Source: Gonapodya sp. JEL0774 (Eukaryota). From it: a stretch of DNA of 49,767 nucleotides. A program made the translations under genes and the position numbers. Shown here in pieces: positions 37,431 to 49,767 of the stretch. How positions within the stretch are numbered: the first letter of the stretch is position 1; each line of letters begins with the position of its first letter. The notes under the pieces were generated by a model. That model had not been told where the DNA came from, did not search any database, and saw only the letters and a program-made list of their open reading frames with translations. The stretch is taken from positions 124,001 to 173,767 of the forward strand of contig JADIIX010000039.1 of the NCBI GenBank assembly GCA_027604505.1, given 5' to 3'.

Positions 37431-39157
37431 TTCGAATCCATACCGCGTTTGTGGTCATTACAATTCGCGTTCGGGTTGTCTGTTACCCGGTCCCGTTTCC
37501 GTTGGGTACTCTGGCTCCAAAAAATACATCAGGGAAGGTGAGATATGACAAACACAAAAAGATTTAACAGCAGAACAAACTGAGATGTATTAAAATTGGC
37601 AGTCATCACCTAGTTGCCATAATCTGATTGTGAAGGGAAGTTGTACCAGCTCGCCCGGCAGATACCAGCGGCAAACTGTTCGCTATCTCACATGTATGAT
37701 AAGCTTGTTAGTTGAGATATCTCCGGTTCTGTCAAGGTAGAATTGCCGGAAGTCCCCTGCCCTACAATAGAAACACCCTGATTGATCGCGACCGGTACAC
37801 TTGCACAATGAGCATCATCATTTTATGGAGCCATCATCACCTTCATATATGATGCTGCCCGGGGTCCACCTTTCATTTACAGATAGACCCCTCGACGCGC
37901 TCTTCATCGTTGTTTCCTAGCACGTTGAATCGCAACCTGCAAGTGAGTATTCCTGTAACGAACCAGACGAACCAGCCGAGTGCTGGGCAAGCGTGCCGCA
38001 GCGCTGGCGCTACGAAGCAAGTGAAAAGTGCGACGACTATTGAAGAGCAACTCCGCGCTCGAAGACGGAGCGAATCTTTGTGCTGGTGGAGGTGGATATG
38101 GGTGTTCTCGTTATACCATTTGCACTCAATGTGAAAATACCGCCGTAATACGCCGTGTAACGCGAGTCTTTCATAGCCCCGAGAACTGATTGTGACCCCG
38201 ATCCACCGCAATGAAATCAGCAGCCGACTATTTTGGGAACCTATCCATGAAGCTCCAAGAGACCCCCTTACGTTCTGTTAATCGGCAGTCCATTGATGTA
38301 AGATACTCCTTCCACTACTTGCTTAGTGGTTCTCGATTCAATCCAATTTTTATGAACATGCAGTCGGACTCCCAACCACGACATCAACTTCACCCACCGC
38401 CTGCTCCGAAGAGAACCCACAACCCACACGCTGCCGTAATTTATTCTTCCCGGATAGATAGACCTCTCCGGCAGCTTGCGCGACCACCTTTTCATTTCTT
38501 CGCACTCCAGGAGCACCAAGTTGGGCGTGAGAGCCCCTTTCGCAACCTTCCTCATCACCCTGCTATCCAAGTAACCACTACACAGGAGCGGCTCCTCTCT
38601 CTCTTTCCAAAACACCATGAATGTCAACATAGCGTGAACGTATCTCTGAACAAGAACCCATGAAACAACAACACAAAGGACTGCAAATTGGTACAGACAT
38701 ATCGGTCTTATTCAAGATAGAACCTGTAGCACTCTCATCAATCAAATTATAATGTACCCCCAAAATAGTTTGTATTTCATACCTCACCACATATCGCTCT
38801 CTTGCCGCCAGATTGAACAGAGCCCGAGTTGACAAAACCGAGGCACAAGTATTTTGACGAAGCACGTGGGGGAAGATGAGTACTATTTATTGAAGTGTAG
38901 AGTATCTTGATAACTTCGCATGAATTGAAACCAAAGGCAAAGCTACGAATTCGGAGTTACAATATGAACACCTGCCATCGTGTCATGAAGCCGAAGGAGA
39001 GCACGCTTTGTGAAGATGCAGCGTAAACAAGAAAAAAAAAAAACCCCGGAAATAACGCAAAGATGATTTTAGCATTGTGCCTCCCTTCCTCTGAGGGTGG
39101 AAACCACGACCATCACATATTCCACCGTCCTCCATAGTCCTGACTCCTAATACCTCT

Positions 39158-42012
39158 TCATGCCTTTGATCCGCCATCCTTTTCCCCAACAAATTGCAAA
39201 ATCGCATTGACGGATGCGGGGTCATACTCCATGTCCAGGACGTCTCCCCACACATCGTACTTCTTCATAAATTCGGTCATTATGGCGCGGTCGACAGTGG
39301 GCGTTACATCGATGATCTAATAGGCAAATGACAGGGATGAGAATGGGTCTTATTGAAACCATCCAATTTGGGAATCGGATCGACGGATACGAACTTCCTT
39401 CAGTTCCTTTCTCGCTGTTAGGACTTTAGCCCAAGCATCCTTTGGCGGATTGGGTGAGTTAAGTGCATTGCGAGCTTCGACGAGACGCTGGGCCGCCGCG
39501 AGAACACGCTTTCCCTGGAATTTGCGTAATTTATCACTCCTGCAATCGAGCAACGACGCTACCTGAAGACAACTTACCGCCTCTTCACACGAAGTATTCC
39601 GCATCATCATGCACAACTGCTCGAATTCGTCTGGGCTCATACCCCCACTTGCAGTTCCCTTTCCCACCAGCACCATCCGCCCACATTCTCCCTTAGCCTC
39701 TATTCCCCTCGCAAACACCCTCTTCAGTTCTGCAAGCCTTCTCGACGTCATCGCACAGGGTACCCTTCGAGGATCCAGGGTACGAAGAGCAACAACGTTT
39801 TCAGGGCTGAGGTGAACTGACTCTGGGTCGAGCTTCCGCAGCAGATCGTAGACAACAGACGGAGGCACAACTGAGACATCAACTTTGCCGGTGGGAGTTT
39901 TGAGGGGTGGAATGGGAAGTGAATGGTTACCGGCTTGTCCTTGTGACACGGTGGCCAGCGGGCAAGTTTCAGCAGCCCCTTCCTGTTCCTCAGCCGTTAA
40001 TGGGATTGGAATATTTGCCCATTGGGCTAAGTCACCACCGTCAACGGCCACTTGAGGAAGGACTTCACCAATGATGTCGAGTGCAGACTGAGGGTACGCT
40101 CCCCACTCGAAGAAATCCGCAGGCATTGGCCAATCGGAGGGATTGTCAAAGCTGGATGGGTCGAGAAACTCCACGAGGTCCAGGTCCCCGTCATACGCAA
40201 GATCGGTGGTATGGGGAGCCGACGGTTGAGGTGGGACGGGTGCGGGTGCACTGTTGTCAGTGCCGGCGAACTTGAGTTCGCTCAACTTTCGACCTGCGAT
40301 GGAAATTGGGGCGCCCATGTCTTCGTCGTCGTCCTCACCGTCCCAGACTCCATCGCGTGCATCTCGGAATTGTAGGAAACCGTTGCCTAACACTGCAGAG
40401 GGGGGAGCGGCAACGGGCGGGCGGGCGCTGGGTAGGTCGTAGTCGTCTTCGGGCTCAAGCTTCATCAGATCACGAAGACTGGCTGGTGTGGGATCCGAGA
40501 CATTGATAGGGAGGAATGTGGAGTCAAGGCGGCCCGTGTTGTGGGATGGGTTACGCGCTCGGTTAGATGCGTCTGCGGTGAACCTGGTCGAAGGCTCCTC
40601 CGATGGCGACCACGACTGCGCGCCAATGGAACCTGCGTACTGATGATCCGCGGACTGGGAGGAAGAGTGAGTGGAGGAAGGACTGCCCTTCGAAACATAA
40701 CCAAGATCAGAGGGTTCAGAAGGGTAGCGATCCAGAGGTGGTGGTATGGGCGGAGAGCTGGTAGCAGAGGGGGAGAAATGCAAGGAGAACGGGCTCGCGG
40801 AGTCTCCCGTGAGAGAAGGGGGTATGGACGGTGCTGAGGAATTGAAGGATGAGAGAAATAACGTCAGAATCGATGACAATAGTGAGGATGGCACCATCAG
40901 TCGATTTTGATTAAACACGGGTAAGGACGCCAACAAACAAGAGGTAAGCTTCTTCTGCATAAGCTTTCTAAGAAACGTGAAAGGGGTTAAGAATGACCGG
41001 CAGCAGTATCCCTGCTTCAAACCGATTGGGATTCCACAAATATATGCAGCCTATCTCTTGATGGCAACGAGGAATAATACCCAAACTTCCAAGGAACATG
41101 TCCGTGCGTAACACCCACCAGCGTCTTCCTGCTGACCCTCTGTACCGGCGACAAATGTGAAAGCAAAGCTCCGCAAAGCCTCGTTCTCCCTAGTGAGATT
41201 CTCCAGCATGCTCTTTAACGTCTGTGTTTCCGTCTCCCTCCCTTCACGCTCGGCTTCGAGGAACTTGACTCGTTCTTCGAGATCTTTGAGATGTTTTTCT
41301 TTCCGCTCGCGCCATGCGCGCTGTGCTGCACGATTCTGCTCTCGGCGTTTTGGGTCGAGTGGAGGTCGGCGAGAAGACGACTTTTTCTTCTGGTTTGATG
41401 AGTTTGGAGCTTCACCAGACGAGGCCGACTCTGCATCGGAGAAGTCGGGGGGAAATGGAGACTGACTGGAAGGAAGAGAGTGGGACAGGGGATTCGAATG
41501 GGGAGTAGACGCTACACAAAAGGAGTTGAAACAAGACAAATTTAAGAAATTTGTCCTCGGGTATAGTAAGAGGCCTGGGTTGGACAACAGGCCACCGAGT
41601 CATGGTTCTCGTGTTGCACAGTTCCGTCACCCGCAAGATACCTATCAAGAAGTCCTTCGTTTCCTCAACCTGTGTTCCATTTGAAGCGTGTCACTTTACC
41701 TCCAAACTCAAAGCATCTGAAACGCCCCCATCTTGCACACAATCGAGTGGCTTCCATCGTCTCCTCCAAACCTCTCGCCCCCGGAAACGCTGACCGCAAC
41801 CCACCATCATCAGTTTTCGAACTTTTTCTAGCGCTTCCTAAACCGTTTGTTTTCCTTTTCGGTTCCGTCTTCCCTGGTTGCAGCATTATCACACTCTGTC
41901 CGATTTGGTTCGGCATATCCGGTAAATTCTGGACCATTGCTTGTGGATATACTGGGTACGATCCATTTACAAACGCCGCATGGAGCGCGGCAAGCGATGG
42001 TTGTGAGGTCAT
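39158..42012 (-). CDS. Yap1/AP-1-like bZIP transcription factor with a Cys-containing C-terminal domain; 5' exons uncertain
   Basis: Basic region KRREQNRAAQRAWRERKEKHLKDLEERVKFLE followed by a leucine zipper (41200-41350), then a long exon 39350-41020 and a probable last exon ending GGSKA* at 39158. Confidence 0.82.
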
Positions 42013-43788
42013 CGCTTCTTCGCCTTTGGGTTTGAGGGTTTGGATGCCACGGTGCCAGAACGCCCACGCACTGTATTTATGCTCAAATGCTGAGAATTCA
42101 CCAATAAACTGCTGCTAAACGTCTAAAGAAAAACGTATCTATGGAATTTATACTCTTTCCAGTTATGCTGGTACCAAAACCATTTCTGGACGAACTCAGC
42201 ACAAGTTACTAGTTGCGGTGCTCAGTCCAATTCTGATTATGAAACAACACGCCCTGCACGCCCTCTCACCTGCAAACTGTAAATCCCTACATACGGTCTG
42301 TAAATTCAAGCTAATGATTCTTCTGGTGACACTCTATGGGGTTTTACGCCCAACCTAGTGATCCCCATTGGCGGTATGTCCCACGGGCTTCCCACGACCC
42401 CACCTCGACCACAACATCATGCTGCGTGGCAATGAGATATTACACGAAAATCGGATTGCAAAGAAAATCAGACAAAGCTCGCCCTCATGATCTACACGAA
42501 CAAACTACCACAAGAGCCTGCGTCTTGTTCTCTCTGGGTCCCTCTCAGCAATAAAAGTATCTCCCAGATACCTCCATGCGCATTGCGTGATCTACACTCG
42601 CGTCAGTCTTGCTGACACCATACCTCCGTCTCCAATTGCAGCGTAGATATGCACACTCTACTCGGAGTGCCAAACTATTTGGCCGAGATTTGGCGTTTAA
42701 AGATCTCTGTCCCACGCCAGGCCGAGTTGAAAAATGACGGGAGTGCCAGGTGCAGGCTGGACTCTTTTGTTTACAACGATATGTGATCTTTGGTATCTGT
42801 CGGATGAGGGGCGGGCGGCTACTATGCAAATATGTATGTACATAGACAAGTGAAAGTAATTGCTGCGGCCACCGGAGCAGTGTTTATTCGTGTTTGTCTC
42901 TCACGTGTAAATGTTCTTCGCTGATGGATGTGTGCAGTATCAGCACATATGATGGGGGAAAGAAACGTGTGTGTGTTTTTACGGGGGTCGAGTTATGATG
43001 AACTTGCATGGCACCATACCGCAGGTCCACTCACATCGGACCATTGTGAATCGGGAGAAAAGGCCGTGATACGGCGCAATTCTCAAGTCCGATAAGACAG
43101 TCTGGAAGCCGTGAAATATGCGTCCCGTGAGGGACTTCGGAATGCACTTGCTGCGCGCTGGTCTCCCATCCCGACTCTCCTCTGGAAGGCCTTGAGAACA
43201 ATGCAAGCTGGACTACCAGCACAAAGTCTTGCATGCTGATCTGAGGAAAGGGCTGTTGCTTCCCAACTTGCCTCATCCAGCATTCGGAGCACGCAATTGG
43301 TCTGGCCACATCTTGCACCTATCGTAGAAGCCTTGCCGAACTATGAACCCTTAATCAGAGCCCCAGATTCGAATGAACTTGGACCTCTATGGCGGAACAT
43401 TGAAATGCGGCGGCGTACTGGTCTTTCCGTACAACTTCCACGTCTGTTAAGTTGAACCCATTCTCGCCAGGCCAACTGTGTCTGCTCGATACTTTGGTGA
43501 GCATGGAGAACTCACTTCAGACCACTGGCCATTCTATTTGTGCTGCCAAGGGAGATTAGAGTGGAGGACAGAACCGATTCCGGAGACCGGTTGCTCCCGT
43601 CACAGCGTGATGACTATTGACCAGAGGACATGAGAGTCTTAGGGGCTTTAGTAACTGGAAATTGCTACGATTTCATGTGTCGGATATCGTGCCTTGAAGG
43701 CATTTTGCGTGAGATGAGACAACTGACATTCCATCCCACGCGGTACCACTCACCAACGTAACTGACTTCAAGAACTCTTACGTGAAGG

Positions 43789-44883
43789 ATGCTTTCTTGC
43801 CAAACACCCATCCGTACTGATGACTGCGTTCAGCGAAAAGTATGTACCTGGGAATTGAATCTGTCACTAGAAATCCGGAATATGATGGATTCGATTTCTG
43901 GTTTGCAGGACTTCTCGACGAGAGTCAGGGTCACACCTGGTGCACCCATGCGGGGCAGTTGCCAATGCTCCAGTTGCACAGACACCTGGGGCCTTACTCC
44001 CAAGAACATTGAGCTACTTGCACGTCACCCATTCTCATTCGCGGAAGATGCACAAGACCACCACCACGCTGACGGAGCATCCTTTCTCTCCGCAAAACTG
44101 TTCTCGACTGCCTTCTTGCGACACTCTCCTGAGGTTGAACTGAATGTGACTGTTGTCACTCACAACTTCCCTCCTCCGCTCCGATCACACTCACCTCGGC
44201 TGACACATTCTGCGTTTGAATCTGTGTCAGATCCTTCGGAGTACTTGAGACTTCGTCACAAAAATCCCGAAGTTGGTGTTGCAACAACATCCAGCCTTCT
44301 TCGAGAGCATCCATGTATCGGCATGACCTGGGGCGCCATTCAGGGGTTGTATTTATAGAGAAGATTGAGTCTGATGCGGGTCATCTGACCAACTCTCTTG
44401 GAATCCTCATCAATCGTGTGGAACGGAGATTGTACATTGCCGGCTTCATATGGTCATTGTACGCCAGAGTATTTACATAATGTTAGAAGTGACTCGCTGG
44501 CACTCGTTATCACTGCAACTCGGGACAAGTTTTGTTGTGATGGCATAGGCAATGCATTCTTTGGAGTTGCACAGTCAGACCCCCCAAGTGGACTACATGC
44601 ACCGAACGAAAAACATACGCTAAATCTAGAATCACAAAGGAACCTCAAAGTAACTCTGCGTGGTCGCGTTCTGAACAGGAATGTCTCACAGTCCCCAAAC
44701 TTGCTGCATTCAAGTGTAAAATTCGAAATCTTGTATCTGGGACAGAATCAGCGAATTCAAGTTTGCGCAAGCAAGAAGTTCGTTATACAGTGCACCAATT
44801 TCACGAGGACGGCGGTCCCAACCAACGAATATCTCATAAATGTGTTATTATCTAATGTATTCCACAATGCCGTACGTGGGTAA
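43789..44883 (+). other. Possible degenerate or lineage-specific coding segments (189-aa and 161-aa ORFs), function not recognised
   Basis: Two adjacent same-strand ORFs in an otherwise unannotated 4.7-kb interval; no motif recognised. Confidence 0.2.
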
Positions 44884-46805
44884 CAACATTTATGCACGTT
44901 CCTCCCCTGACGGCCTTACTTGAAAGGTACCCTGAAGGAACGGCAGTGCTGGCCCTTATTTCAATTGCCACAAGGAAAAACTGATGAGTATCGCGGAAGA
45001 ACTTCTGCAATCTGCAGAATGGATTTGAATTGGAAGACAGTGCTGATATTCATTTCATAAAATTCGGGCGGCATCCGCGAGAACAAAATTGAGCGTCAGA
45101 ATCCAACCACCCGAATCCACGTACATTGTTGTATGGGGTACTCAATTATTCATTCAAGTCTCAACGCGGTTATCCATTTCGTTCATTGACAAGCAAGGAC
45201 CCACTGCCGTGTGGTGCCGTGATGCCTTCCGCGGTGCACCTGGCCAGGATCGTCAGTCCGATCTGAGTGACCCACCATAGAATATTTGACACAACGGCGC
45301 CATATGTCGTTTACTGGATCTTTTCTAATTCCTTCCTCCCTCACGATTGAGTTGAACCCCGGCAACTTTCCATTCAATACCTTCCGACACTAAGAATCAA
45401 ATGTGAGTTTAGGTTGGCCGAGCCACCTCTTTGGCCAAAAAATGCGGCGCCAGTGGAAGCTATGTTGCCAATCGCACCGAGATGAATGAAGCTCTTCGAG
45501 GAAGCGAACATCTAGGAGATCTGGGCCTTTCAGCGGCGGGAGGACAACCTCCACAGAACTCTCTCGGGCGTCTTGTATCATCGATATGAGCACGCACCGA
45601 GTTTGTAATCAATAACTCCACTTTGAGCAAATACTGTACATAATGTCTCTGTTTGAGACTATCCAACCCAACTGACCACTCTTCCCTTTAAAACGTCGCT
45701 TCCCAGCTCAAATTCAACGTATGCCTTCCCCCACTTTTTCTCATACTTTCACCCAACATATGAACTTGATGAACACCCCGATCTCTGCACGTAACCGAGT
45801 ACACAAAAGCAATTGTCAAGTACGGCCAAGCTCTCTCTGCACAACGAGCTTTGGAGCTTACGTGCATCCTTTGCCCACTCATGTGTATATAGCGTTCGAC
45901 CATGCGCACCCCTGCCGCTCCAATGCGAGCAAGGAGTCGTTTCTGCAAGAGCATCCACCAACCATTCCCTTATGGCTTCGCACAACGACTCGCCAGACAT
46001 CCGCTGTCGTTTGGGTGTGATACACGGCATCAGGCATCCGTCAGCTTTGCATCCATGTTTTCCGCCCGATTTGTCTCGACGACACTCTCCAGTTCCACAG
46101 ACGAACAAGAAAATAATGCCACCTCTACCCACAATCTCCCTTCTCTGATGCCGTCCTCACCTGCTTTGGTGCCTCCTCATTGGCAGACGGCATTTAATGA
46201 GACTTCCGGAAGCAGTCTGTTTCCAAATGGCAAAATCAGTCTGGCAGACCACTCAACCATCTAGAGACTTTCTATTTCTGGGAATCAGACAATGTTGCTG
46301 TGTTTCTATGTGGGATCACTGTGTTTCTATGTGGGAGTTTCGTCGCAAGAATGAAAGGGCTACCAAGTTTATTCAGCTTTGCAGGTGCTTTTGCGGTCAT
46401 ACCTGCATCCACAGATGTTGTAATTGCAAAGATTTCCAAGCCGCGCCGTCTTGGATGAGCGTGCCTCCTATTTGTATTGTGTATGGACGTCATAAACACA
46501 CATGTGGCACTGGTCTCAGACTTTTTGCTTGATTCACGACCAACAAAATTGTGCATTTAGCAGTCGCCAGTTTGATCGTTTGACCAGGCATAGAATATTG
46601 AATTGTGCTTGGCCGTTTTGTGAGCACACTCGGCGACAAGTGGTCGATGAATTTTACGGAGCATCTACATTGCACCTGACTTACACCTAGAGACGATGGG
46701 ATGAAGAGCGTTGCCGTCTCTGTTCTGAGAGAGACAGTGGCTTTCTACACTGAGAACACTTGTTCTGAGTCTCGGTTCACAGATTTTCATTGGCCGATTT
46801 GGAAT

Positions 46806-49767
46806 CTAATTCCCTTTGCGACGTCGCATGGCATCTCCTCTGATCCCAACATTCACTTGCACGGTGCTCTTCAGACTAGCTCCCTGACTGTCAAAGCTAG
46901 CAACACTCCTCGCGTCGGACATCGCCCCCTCATAGTCACTCGCGACACCAATGGACACCGCGCTCACTGCGTGCTGCAGCGAATTGCCTACTCCACCAAA
47001 ATTAGCTCCATCACCATCTGCTTGCGCGTCTTCACCGCCTGACAATCTCTGCCAAATCGATATTTCATTTTGTATCCCTCGAGATTCCTTGTAGTTCCAC
47101 CACCACCCTTGGAGTGCAACAAGAAGAAGCACTGCAACGAAGCTACCGATTGTGACGCCGAGAGAAGAATAAAACTCGAGAGGAAGGTTGTGAACCTCCA
47201 GAACGAACCGAGTACTACGTGCGCAGTAGGAGTTTTCAGCGTCCACAACCTCAGTTGTTAGTTCGAAGACAAAAAAGTAAGAGGGAGGGTTTGGCAGATT
47301 TGGGGTGATCGAGTAGCATGGTGAGCCCGACACGCACACAAAGCTGTTTTTCGAGGGGGTGTTATCTCCGTGACAGAGAGGATCAAATCTAGGATAACCT
47401 ACGATATAGCATTTTGACCGTTCTTGATAGTAAACAAATCCGGGTCTCCAGAACTCGAGTGTGTTGGGACCCACATAAGTGTACGACTTGCATCATCTGC
47501 GAGTCGAGGGTTCACATGTTCCACGTCTTCATTCGAAAACTCATGAATTGAGTCGTACGTCTCGCCGCCAGCAACCACATTGAGCCTGTAAAAGCCCGTG
47601 AAATTCGTTTCCAGACCAGTTACAAAATCATGGACTGCGAAGACTGGATAGAAGGCTTGGATTGCCAAGGGTTGTTATAAATGATGGCAAGTCTCAATAT
47701 CGAGGAACCTGCAGCTTGCCCAACAAACGAAAACATACTCTTCTCGTAATTGATACACGGTATCCCATGATTATTTGGGCACCATGTGAATAGGTCCTGG
47801 GTTGGCTTGAATCTAATCTCCTGAAAAGGCTTGCACCCCGAATACACCAAAAGCGAATGACTGACTGTCGACTTTAAAGAGATCTCAGCTTACTACACTG
47901 TTTCCGTAATAATTTAATGCTGTTCATTTTGTCGCTACTCACATCAATCGCCGCATCGGTGGAATGGACGTTCCGACAAGCCAAAGTTGCCCCGTCAACC
48001 AAAAATCGAACTCTGGTAGGATGCAAGGAGGTTCCAGCAATACTCTGCGTTGCATGCGTGCCGAGGTCAGTAATATTGATCTGCACAGACGAGCGGCGAA
48101 GCCAAAAAAGGAGCACCTCAGTCCGAACTTCGGGCAACAAGAAATTGCACGGAATTCACCGTGAAGGTCACAACACTGGCTCCCCAATCCACAGTCTTTA
48201 CCACTTGTGTGTCAACTTTCTCAACGTCACTTTGCGCAACCGTAAGCCCCAGTGCCTCAATTGACAAAGCGTCCGAGGGCCTGAGGCGGACTTGAAAGGT
48301 ATATGATTCGTGTTCTTCCAGGAAAATGGAAGATGGGAGGAAAGTAGTGTCGTTGTATGGATTCGGCCTTCAAAAGGAAACTCACAAAGGCTTAACCGAC
48401 ACCATGTGAGTTGAATAAGATGGTCATGAGACACCCACGCCCTTGTAAACCATTCATCCTGCGGTGCACTGAAAACCATCTCCGTGTACGGACATGCCCA
48501 CGGCCCCAGCGTACCAGTCCAGTCTATGACTCCCTGCAGGTTCACTTCTCTTCTGCTGACTACGACTCCTCCTCCTTGTACCGAGACTCTAACAACTCTC
48601 AAAAAATCACCCAAATCAAAAAAGGGGAACTCATGCGCGTTGGCCGAGGGAGGTTCCATGGGAGCCAGTGCTACCAAAGTGGGAAGGTGTATCTGACCAT
48701 AAAAGAGCCGACCAAACGAGGTGGAGGCAGCGAAAGATGATGATGGCATTGTTGAAGTGGCGACGTGCACGAAACGTTCGGGTGCTGGGAGAGTGGAGAT
48801 GAGGTACCATGAGGAGCCTAGGTCGGGACTGCAGACGGATAGCACTTACAAAGAATCCAAGATTATCAGAACCCAGAACCACCTACCTCCACAGCAAAGA
48901 GCTTCCCCACGCCCAAAGATCGTTACCTGAACCAGCGTGCATCGCAATGTCATCAAGTTCCAGGTTCACCGCTGACACACCTGGGGGAGGTTGCGTGGAG
49001 TCATAAATTCGATAGGTTCTGGGGTCGAGGTTGCTAGGCCCAGCTTCAATCGAGGACAGAAATGTGCTTGTCAGCCGCCTTCGCTTCACATTGACGGGTC
49101 ACGATTGTTCATCAGCGTACCAGCCAGAACAGTTGTCGGGAAAACAAAACCTCTCTCCCACAACCAGTACATAGTCCCCAAATCCTTTCTTGCTTTTACT
49201 GCCTGATATAAATTGTCTGACATTCTCTTCACCAGAGCGACCACAATACTCCCACAGTCATCGCTACTTGCTGTTGCACCAACGATTTCTATCCCTGTGC
49301 CAACAGATACAATCCCTTGAGACGCCAGGTATTCTGCCAACGTTCGGTTCTTGGAGTCAAGAATCTCCTCAATTGGATGGTACCCAACAACCCCGTCAGG
49401 CAAGGATTGAGCACCATCCCTGGCTATCCATATTCGGCCTCTATCGAGTGCACGACCAGTAACAACCACAGGGGAGCAGAATCGAGAGGAGTTGTAAGAC
49501 GGGCGTTGAGTGGCAGGGTAGATGCGCGCAACACAGCGGTCAAGGAGACGGGTGATGGTGGCATCCTGAAATTTGATGAAGCATAAAGGTAGATTTCACC
49601 AAGTAACAAAAGTAGTGGTGAGTTAAAAGCTCCCATAAACAGAAATATCGCATCCACGGCTTACATTGCCCCAGCCATCGTGCATGGCGAAAACACCACC
49701 ATCTGTGTGAAAAAGCATGACGGGGCCCAAAGAAACCGCACCCATGACGCGGACATCACTTGGAGTC
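46806..49767 (-). CDS. CATSPERG: CatSper channel auxiliary subunit gamma-like single-pass membrane protein; 5' part lies beyond the window
   Basis: Spliced C-terminal region VYSGCKPFQEIRF..CPNNHGIPCINYEK|AFYPVFAVHDFVTGLETNFTGFYRLNVVAGGETYDSIHEFSNEDVEHVN..LMW..NAIS|FVCVSGSPCYSITP..PSYFFVFELTTEVVDAENSYCARSTRFVLEVHNLPL followed by a TM helix. This is collinear with the CATSPERG C-terminus as I remember it (FYPFFLIQDLVTG..YVLLVVGGGPT; WLC...PCYD..P..FF....VD.STYC...FLLHIHGLPL + TM). Confidence 0.85.

Noticed and set aside
37873..38865. Several 95-150 aa ORFs on both strands between the aminotransferase and bZIP genes
   Set aside because: No motif, conflicting strands and no coherent splice pattern.
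38890..38912. aagtgtagagtatcttg resembling the U2 snRNA branch-point recognition region
   Set aside because: The match is interrupted and there is no flanking U2 stem-loop sequence or Sm site.
46298..46336. Direct repeat ctgtgtttctatgtggga x2 (21-bp period)
   Set aside because: Only two copies with no spacers; a local tandem duplication, not a CRISPR array or terminal repeat.
4999..49767. Idea of a Ca2+-signalling or gamete gene cluster (Crz1-like, H1 variant, CATSPERG-like)
   Set aside because: The genes are 15-25 kb apart and separated by unrelated housekeeping genes; there is no sequence evidence for co-regulation.

Overview
A gene-dense eukaryotic genomic window with many short GT-AG introns and one 10-N assembly gap at 2176-2185. 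Fungal-type regulators (Crz1-like C2H2, Yap1-like bZIP, Hho1-like linker histone) occur together with a CatSper-gamma-like gene and full-length DNA polymerase theta. This points, by inference, to an early-diverging zoosporic fungus of chytrid/Monoblepharidomycete grade. I could splice about 15 protein genes by eye: RasGEF, Crz1-like TF, ZNF207/BuGZ, ERG25-like sterol desaturase-family enzyme, ZPR1, PEX19, an unknown type-I membrane glycoprotein, a bacterial-type MhpD hydratase, a minimal histone H1, a hypothetical tail-anchored protein, POLQ, an HDHD3-like HAD hydrolase, a PLP aminotransferase, a Yap-like bZIP and a 5'-truncated CATSPERG-like gene. The most notable items are the sperm Ca2+-channel auxiliary subunit homolog, the intron-containing bacterial-type hydratase (horizontal transfer candidate), the ~109-aa His-tailed linker histone and the fungal Pol theta with a rearranged architecture. 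I recognised no rRNA, tRNA, CRISPR array or intact mobile element. All family assignments are from remembered motifs, not database searches, and exon boundaries are manual.
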